Shown in pieces: positions 55,272-64,000 of a DNA stretch of 64,000 bases. A program made the translations under genes and the position numbers. The notes beneath the pieces were generated by a model that saw nothing but the letters and a program-made list of their open reading frames with translations, was not told the origin of the DNA and made no database searches. The stretch comes from Octopus vulgaris (Eukaryota), in contig OX597824.1 of NCBI GenBank assembly GCA_951406725.2, positions 20,026,001-20,090,000 on the forward strand, given 5' to 3'. Every line of letters begins with the position of its first letter. The first letter of the stretch is position 1.

Positions 55272-56298
55272 CCTTAGAATCCAACTTATTACCTTAGATT
55301 ACCTTAGAATCCAACTTAACAAAAGCTAACTTCCTTGATGTCACCCTCGACTTAAAAACCTCACTTTATTACCCGTACCACAAACCGAATGAATCCCTTA
55401 GATATATAGATATTAATTCCAACCACCCCAAAAATATATTAGATAACCTAGTAAAAAGTGTCTCAATTAGAATTTCTAGCCTGTCCGCCACGGAAGATAT
55501 CTTTAAGGCCGCAGCCCCCTATTACAACGAGGCCCTGGCCCGCAGTGGCTTTAAAGATAAGATTACCTATACTAGTATAGCCCCACGCCAACCCAGGAAA
55601 AATAGACGAAGACACATTAGCTGGTACAACCCCCCTTCAACCGTGAGGTCGCTACACCTGTAGCTAAAATCTTCTTCACTCTCCTACAGAAACACTTCCC
55701 CACCCAACATAAGTACTACACTATCCTAAATAAGAACACTATTAGACTCTCCTACTCTACCACGCCCAATCTAGCCAGGAACCTAGCCAACAACAATGCG
55801 AAAAAACTTAACATATCTACTTTTTCCGAGGCCCATCCAACGTCCGATAGCAATTGCAACTGCCCTGATAAAACCACCTGCCCCCTCAACAACAACTGCC
55901 TACAGAAGGACCTAGTATATACATGCGAGGTAAGATCAGGCCCTGACGATAAAAGAAAATCCTACATCGGAATGACGTCAAACAGCTTTAAGACCCGTTG
56001 GTACGCACACACACACTCGTTCCGGCGACAGGATAAATCCAACCAAACTACCCTCGCCGCCCACATCTGGTACCTTAAAAGGAACTCCATCCCCTTCAAG
56101 ACCAAGTGGAAACTACTACAGAAGGCGCGCTCGTACACAGGAGGCCATACCTGCTGTGACCTCTGCATATCGGAGAGCCTAGAGATCTTGTTCGCCAAAG
56201 GCCCTCTCCTTAACAAAATCTCAGAACACTCCCCAAATTGCATGCATAAGAAGTATGCGAACTACAAGAACTATAGACCTACCCAGCAACCAGATTGA
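55270..56298 (+). mobile_element. 5'-truncated Penelope-like element: RT thumb, Cys-rich linker and GIY-YIG endonuclease
   Basis: NFLDVTLDL...YHKPN...SNHP...SWYNPP (frameshift)...CNCPDKTTCPLNNNC...LVYTCEV...SYIGMTSNSFKTRWYAH...CDLCISE; begins at a (TA)n tract. Confidence 0.9.
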
Positions 56299-56369
56299 TG
56301 ACACCCCACCCACAAAACCCCCCAATCCCACCGTTCCCCTAGCACCCCCGATTACCTTTTCTCCTAAGA

Positions 56370-56914
56370 CCTTTCACATATTGTATGTGCACGCTTGTAT
56401 ATGTGTATCGTATATATGTATAGAAATGTATGGGTATAGTAGGAATATACGCATGTATTATGTGTGTGTGTGTGTGTATGTATGTAAAAAAAAATATATA
56501 TATATATGTATGTGCGTGTGTGTGTGTGTGTGTGTATATATGTATATGTGTATATATGTATATATGTATATATGTGTGTATGCATATGTATGTGTATATG
56601 TATGTGTGTATGTATGTGTATGTATGTATAAAATATTATATAATTAGGGCTTAGTAAAATAAATTACTTTGCCACATACTGAACTTTCTAGAAATAGCAG
56701 CCAAAAAAGTTTTTTAGCCTCTTCCACTACTTAGAGAATATTTTCCCTCAGACATTGTTTACTCAAAAAAATAATGGTCCTTTTACATACTGAATACTTG
56801 GTGAAATTGATTAATAACTAATTAACTTTACCCTCAATTGTTGATATATGTATGTGTGTGTATATATATGTGTATGTATATATATATGTACATGTATGTA
56901 TATGTGTATGTATG

Positions 56915-56983
<69 letters not shown>

Positions 56984-57504
56984 CTGTATGTGTGTGTATA
57001 TGTGTATTATGTATATATTTATATATATGTATATGTATATGTATATGTATGTGTGTGTGTATATGTATATATGTGTATATATATGAGTGTACGCGAGTAT
57101 GTCGATGTATATGTAGGTATGTAGAGTTATGTGTATGTGCATGTATGTGAGTGTAGATACAAATTGTAGATGTGTATATATATGTGTGTGTATATATACA
57201 TGTATATAGGTATATGTATGTGTGTGTATATATATATACATATATATATATGTATATGCGAGTATGTAGAGATATAAGTATGTGCATGTGTATATATATG
57301 TGTGTATATATATGTATAGGTATGTGTATGTGTATGTATGTATATATATATATATATGTGTGTGTGTATGTATGCATATATGTATGTATGTATGTAGGTA
57401 TATGTGTATGTATATATGTGTGTAAGTGTGTGTATATATGTATATGTAAGTGTGTGTGCGTGTATGAGTATGTATGTATGTTTGCACACATGTATATGTG
57501 TGTG

Positions 57505-57553
<49 letters not shown>

Positions 57554-57814
57554 ATATATATATGTATATGTGTGTGTGTGTATATATGTGTGTATGTGTA
57601 TGTATGTATGTATATATATGCGTGTGTATGTGTATGTGTATATGTACATATACGCGTACGCTCGTGTGTTTATGTATATGTAGGTACGTAGAGTTATCTA
57701 TGTGTGTATGTATTTGTACATGTGTGTAAGTATGTATATATATATATATGTGTATGTGTGTGTGTGTATATATATGTATGTATATGTATATGTATATATA
57801 TGTGTATATATGTA

Positions 57815-57857
<43 letters not shown>

Positions 57858-58475
57858 TGTAAGTTTATATGTATGTATCCGTCTATATAATAGGTAACTG
57901 CACGTACATATACTTAATATTTATTATTTATTTTTTGAGTATGCATGTATGAATAACTGCGCGTATATATATTTTACTATTTACTTATTTTTTGAGTATG
58001 CATGTAAGTATGAATATAAGGAGGCGCGTGTGTGTGTGTGTATGTGTAAGCATAGATATATGTATACTTTTACGCATGTGTGTACTTATGTGTATATATG
58101 GATGCGCGTGTGTGTGTGTGTATGGGTACGCATGTACATGTGTATGTGCGTGTATGTGTATATGAGTATGTATGTATGTGTGTGCGTATATTTGTATATG
58201 TATGTATGTATATGTATGTGTGTGTATGTATATATATATATATATATATGTGTGTATATGTATGTATGTATATGTATATGCGTATGTGTATGTATTTGTA
58301 TGTGTATGCATGCGTGTATATATATGTATGTATATGTATACGTGTGGGTGTGTGTATGTGTATAAATGTATGTATGTATGGATGTATGGATGTATGTATG
58401 TATGTATGTATACGTATGTATGTGTATGCATGTATATGTATGTATGTGTATGTGTGTATATATGTGTATATATGT

Positions 58476-58509
<34 letters not shown>

Positions 58510-58516
58510 GTGTATA

Positions 58517-58567
<51 letters not shown>

Positions 58568-59360
58568 ATTTGTATGTAGGTGTATATGTATGTGTGTGTA
58601 TTTATATTTATTGGTGTATATGTATAGACTAGCCTTCTAAGAGTGTAGACATGAATCTGTAGGTACGCGTACGTATGTGTATATACGTGAATGTATGTAG
58701 ATGTATGTATGTATGAATATAACGCGTGCGTGCGTGTATGTGTATGAGTGTACGAATGAGTGAGTGTACGTGCTAAAGAGTGTGCGTGAGTGAATGAGTG
58801 CTTGTTTTCCAGTAGACAGATAAATGGACTGGCTGTCATAGCCAAGATGTTTGTGACCAGCGGTCAAAGATAACAAAAGTAATAAATGAAGATAATAAAA
58901 TTAAAATTAGGGAATGGGTCTGTATTTGTATGTGTATATATATGTGTGTATGTGTAGGTATGCATAGGTACACATATGTATATATATATATATATATATG
59001 TATGTATATGTATGTGTGTGTATATATGTGTGTGTATGTGTATATATGTGTATATAGGGACTAGTGTGCTGTGTGTGCATGTGTGTGTGTGGATATGTGT
59101 GTGTATGCGTGTATGTGAGTATGTGTGTGTATGTGTATATATATTTTTCTGTGTGTATATGTATGTGTGGTCGTGTGTGTATATATACATGTGTGTATAC
59201 GTGTATGCATGTGAGTGTGTGTATGTATACATATATGTGTATGTGTAGATATGTATATGTATGTGTAAGTGTATATATATGTATATATGTGTGTGTGTAT
59301 GTATGTGTGTATGTATATGTATATATGTTTGTATGTGTGTGTATATATGTATACATATGT
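56370..59360. repeat. About 3-kb TG/TA/TATG low-complexity tract between the PLE ORF and the hammerhead-bearing end
   Basis: Directly visible. Confidence 0.9.
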
Positions 59361-59586
59361 GCATAGGTATAAGTGAGAATCTCCTTATTTACCTAAAACT
59401 CTATTCCCTTTTTTTATATATATATTTTTTTATTTTTTTATTTATTCTTCTATCTAATTTAACACTGACTCCTTGACCACTCCCCCAAGTATGATATTTT
59501 GCGCTATGCCTACCCCCAAAAGTCCCCCACCAACACCCCTTTAAACCTGCCTAAATGTATAAATGCCAATACAATTCTTGTTAACT

Positions 59587-59637
59587 AGCTTCCTGAAGAT
59601 TTCTCTTGAATGAAACAGTTCTAGTCCTGTAGAAGCT
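59587..59637 (+). ncRNA. Type I hammerhead ribozyme, probable pLTR of the 55270 PLE
   Basis: agcttc-CTGAAGA-tttc(tctt)gaat-GAAA-cag(ttctagtc)ctg-TA-gaagct; U.U mismatch at the base of helix II; followed by aataaa and (TA)n. Confidence 0.75.
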
Positions 59638-59664
59638 CCTTCTATATAATAAATATATATATAT

Positions 59665-59792
<128 letters not shown>

Positions 59793-59894
59793 AAAATAGG
59801 ATAAAATCTTTATAAGAATTTATCAAGTAGTTAGCGTGAAAAAAACCTCATAAGAGAAAAAACCCACCAATATTTTCACTTAGATATATTTATT

Positions 59895-60208
59895 TATATT
59901 ATATAGAGGGTATTACTATACAATAATGCCACTCGCTAGGAGGGACTCTTAAAGTCAAAATTACCAAAATAAATAAACACATCGTACCGAATGCAACTCT
60001 CGAAGCAAATCATTTAAAAACAAAATTTAGCTGCATATCACTGCATGCACTAATTATGAAATCACAGTGATATGCAGCTAAATTCTGTTTTTAAATGACG
60101 TGCTTCGAGAGTTGCATTCGGTACGATGTGTTTATTTATTTTGGTAGTTTTGACTTTAAGAGTCCCTCCTAGCGTGTGGCATTATTGTATAATAATGGTC
60201 TCTATATA

Positions 60209-60213
<5 letters not shown>
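59895..60213. repeat. Fold-back, about 148-bp arms and 21-bp spacer
   Basis: 59895-60043 is the near-perfect reverse complement of 60065-60213. Confidence 0.92.
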
Positions 60214-60277
<64 letters not shown>

Positions 60278-60480
60278 AATTAATAAATAAAATATATGCA
60301 TACATACATATATGTACGTACCTACATCTACATGCATATATAAATATATATATGTGAGTACAGGACACCACAAATAGACGTAGAACTCAACGAGAAAGGA
60401 AAACATAAAAACAAACATGGAAACGGACTTTTTTTAACAACGAAAAAACAGAGTACAAGACAAACAATACAAGGAAAATT

Positions 60481-60599
60481 CCCCTTCATCAGCTGTCCCT
60501 AGTTCGACTCCATGCGTGTTTCCAAGGTAAGGACAGTACACGACTCGTCGAACTGGCCCTTCCTGCGAAAGAATTAAATAAAATTCCTTTGCAGAGGGG
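60481..60599 (-). ncRNA. Candidate permuted hammerhead, family 2
   Basis: Minus strand cccct-[hairpin]-gaagg-gcc-agttcgac-ga-gt-cgtg-TA-ctgtcctt-a-ccttg-GAAA-cacg-c-atg-ga-gtcgaact-agggacag-CTGATGA-agggg. Confidence 0.62.
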
Positions 60600-60884
60600 T
60601 AAAAACAAGGAAAGAAAAAAAATGTGACTAAAACAGGACGTAAAAACAATACAAATAAAAAAACAAATACAAAATAAAAATACAAATACAAAAAAATACA
60701 GTACAAGTAAAGAATAAAATGCATGTATATATAAATGTAGATGTAGGTACGTATATATATGTACGTACGTATGTACGTATGCATATATTTTATTTATTAA
60801 TTTAATGCATGACTGAGCGCCCTCGCGTCGTTTCGTTTCTTTTCTGTTCTCCAAGTAAGTTCATATATATATATATATATATAT

Positions 60885-61297
60885 AGGTGCAGGAGTGGGT
60901 GTGTGGTAAGTAGCTTGTTTACCAACCACATGGTTCCGGGTTCAGTCCCACTGCGTGCCACCTTGGGCAAGTGTCTTCTACTATAGCCTCGGGCCGACCA
61001 AAGCCTTGTGAGTGGATTTGGTAGACGGAAACTGAAAGAAGCCCGTCGTATATATGTATATATATATATATGTGCGTGTGTGTGTTTGTGTGTCTGTGTT
61101 TGTCCCCCTAGCATTGCTTGACAACCGATGCTGGTGTGTTTATGTCCCTGTTATCTAGCGGTTCGGCAAAAGAGTCCGATAGAATAAGTACTGGGCTTAC
61201 AAAAGAATAAGTCCCGGGGTCGAGTTGCTCGATTGAAAGGCGGTGCTCCAGCATGGCCGCAGTCAAATGACTGAAACAAGTAAAAGAGTAAAAGAGT
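60885..61297 (+). mobile_element. SINE family A, full length
   Basis: Same consensus. Confidence 0.92.
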
Positions 61298-61339
61298 AAT
61301 ACATACACACACACACACACACAAACACATACACACACA

Positions 61340-61381
<42 letters not shown>

Positions 61382-62192
61382 ACAAAAGGAGTGTCTGCAC
61401 AATTTTCCAGTTTCAATGACAAGACAGAACTTTGATGAACTTGTCCAAGGACTGGGCAAAACTAATTTATTGCATGCGAGATAGTGGAATTTATGAGTTC
61501 TTGCCTAGCTTCCTTCCATTTCTCCCTCCCTCCTGACACCCTAGCTCTCACATTTTTACGTTTTTTTTTTTCTCCTTGTCCCTTTCACTATTTCCCTTTC
61601 TACGTCTATCCCTTTCTCTCTCTGCTTCTCTCTCGCTATGTCCTTTTTTTTTTGTCTGTCATACAATGGAAAGGTTTCGTGTTATGAGAGCCAATGCAGT
61701 TATGAGGTCAACCAGCTGGACTAGTAACCTCGTGGTCAAATGTTCTAATTTTACAGCTTCTATTGTGTGTGGTGGCGTGTCTACCCTTCTTCGCTCCATA
61801 ATACACATTACTCTTCTTTTCTTAGCTGTCAACTTGTTCCACTCCTACTTCACAGATGACTGCTTAACCGTTGCTGTAAAAACAATTTACACAAATAATT
61901 GGCAAAAGCTCTCATTTGCAAACTCTCATCCCGAATTGGATGAAATGCAGAGAATAGAAAATACATTTATATCAATTATATATGTTTGTGCGTGTGTGTT
62001 GTGTAGGTGTGTATAAATGTGAATGTGTGTGAACGGGTGTGAGTGTGTGTGTGGTTGTTGGTGGAAGTTCATTTTTTTTTTGGAGGGGGGTTCATTTAAT
62101 TGTGGCAAACAGAAATACGAAACTCAGAGTAGTGATGTATGGGGGGGGAGACACAGCTTCAAATAACTTGTATAGTTTGTGGAATTATATAC

Positions 62193-62357
62193 AGGCGCAG
62201 GAGTGGCTGTGTGGTAAGTAGCTTGCTAACCAACCATATGGTTCTGGGTTCAGTCCCGCTGCGTGGCATCTTGGGCAAGTGTCTTCTGCTATAGCCCCGG
62301 GCCGACCAATGCCTTGTGAGTGGATTTGGTAGACGGAAACTGAAAGAAGCCTGTCGT

Positions 62358-62388
<31 letters not shown>

Positions 62389-62615
62389 CGTGTGTGTTTG
62401 TGTGTCTGTGTTTGTCCCCCTAGCATTGCTTGACAACCGATGCTGGTGTGTTTATGTCCCCGTTACCTAGCGGTTCGGCAAAAGAGACCGATAGAATAAG
62501 TACTGGGCTTACAAAAGAATAAGTCCCGGGGTCGATTTGCTCGAATAAAGGCGGTGCTCCAGCATGGCCGCAGTCAAATGACTGAAACAAGTAAAAGAGA
62601 AAAGAGTAAAAGAGT
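62193..62615 (+). mobile_element. SINE family A, full length
   Basis: Same consensus. Confidence 0.92.
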
Positions 62616-62991
62616 ATATATCCTATATATTAGTGCTAACTAATTTTTCATCTACCATCTTTCTATCTTTCTCGTTCATCACGCAATGTTGCCACTCGAT
62701 TTGTAATATATTACGAACCACTTATCTGGCTTCCAGAAATCCGGAATTTCCACAAATCCGAGTATTCTGTACAACATCATGCAATATACTATACCCTGTA
62801 TTGGGTAAACAAACCCTGGTTTTTGAAGCTGGTTAATTTGCTTACGGTGTACTAAAAGTAGTTTTGAAGTGGATTGATCAGGATTAAACATATTCTACTT
62901 TAGAAACGTATTATTTTTTACCTTTACCTGTTAATTAAACTCATGTTCTTTATTTTTCTTCCTCTAATTTTCGTCCTGTAAACATTATACC

Positions 62992-63641
62992 TATTTCTTT
63001 ACTACCCACAAGGGACAAACAAGGATAGACAAACGGATTAAGTCGATTATATTGACCCCAGTACCAGTTATATACTGGGGTCGATGTTATCGACTTAATC
63101 CGTTTGTCTGTCTTTGTTTGTCTTCTCTGTGTTTAGCTGGTACTTATTTAATCGACCCCGAAAGGATGAAAGGCAAAGTCGACCTCGGCGGAATTTGAAC
63201 TCAGAACGCAGCGGCAGACGAAATACTTATTTCTTTACTACCCACAAGGGGCTAAACACAGAGAGGACAAACAAGGACAGACAAACGGATTTAGTCGATT
63301 GTATCGACCCCAGTGCGGAACTGGTACTTATTTAATCGACCCCGAAAGGATGAAAGGCAAAGTCGACCTCGGCGGAATTTGAACTCAGAACGCAGCGGCA
63401 GACGAAATACCTATTTCTTTACTACCCACAAGGGGCTAAACACAGAGAGGACAAACAAGGACAGACAAACGGATTTAGTCGATTGTATCGACCCCAGTGC
63501 GGAACTGGTACTTAATTTATCGACCCCGAAAGGATGAAAGGCAAAGTCGACCTCGGCGGAGTTTGAACTCACAACGTAGCGGCAGGCGAAAACCGCTAAG
63601 CATTTCGCCCGGCGTGCTAACGTTTCTGCCAGCTCGCTGCC
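62992..63641 (-). mobile_element. SINE family B multimer (184-bp period) with an internal inversion, bounded by one TSD
   Basis: ctggtactt at 63137, 63321 and 63505; TSD tcctg(t/g)aaacattatacc at 62974-62991 and 63642-63659. Confidence 0.9.
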
Positions 63642-63819
63642 TCCTGGAAACATTATACCGTATACATAGTACAATATGATATTTTAAGTGGATCAATAAA
63701 TAACAAACAAACCTTCTTTTCAAAGTGTATTAGCTGGAATCTCTTCAATGCAATTTATCTCTTCACTTTTCACAGTTTATTTTATATTTCTAGTATATAT
63801 TCATACTGTCTCCAGATAA

Positions 63820-63892
63820 CCGGAAAGTTCAGAAAACCGGAAAGTCCAGAAACCCGGAAAGTCCAGAAAACCGGTAAGTCCAGAAACCCGGG
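63820..63892. repeat. 17-bp tandem repeat (ccggaaagtccagaaa(a/c)) x4, probably inside a MITE; partial re-duplication at 63960-63998
   Basis: Directly visible; element appears to end ...tactgta. Confidence 0.8.
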
Positions 63893-64000
63893 ACTCTTTC
63901 GGTCCCAAGCTTACTGGATTATTGGTCCGGTACTGTATAACTACAAGACTCTTAGTGTTCGAAGTCCAGAAACCCGGGACACTTTCGGTCCCAAGCTTGC

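Overview
Eukaryotic, AT-rich, microsatellite-dense DNA. The SINE families and simple-repeat content point to an octopus (coleoid cephalopod) genome (inference). The only host protein-coding feature is the large terminal exon (17627-19575, +) of a BCL11A/BCL11B (CTIP)-like zinc-finger gene. It is preceded by more than 17 kb of repeat-rich intron and followed by about 20 kb of TE-poor sequence that may be a very long 3' UTR or a constrained regulatory region. The rest is mobile DNA: several tRNA-derived SINE families, mariner, piggyBac-like, Merlin/hAT-like and Helitron non-autonomous elements, an RTE-like element, two decayed Penelope-like elements (PLEs), and many short PLE-type elements in (TA)n tracts carrying fold-backs and minimal hammerhead ribozymes. 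The main finding is three motifs from two sequence-unrelated repeat families (7008-7150 -, 48044-48185 +, 60481-60599 -). Each holds a complete hammerhead catalytic core in a strand order matching none of types I/II/III (NUH strand, then GAAA strand, then CUGANGA strand), with a kink-turn on the helix III extension and a multi-helix junction in place of helix II. This is a candidate pseudoknotted ribozyme architecture; folding and activity are untested. Almost all other ORFs in the supplied track are microsatellite or SINE artefacts.
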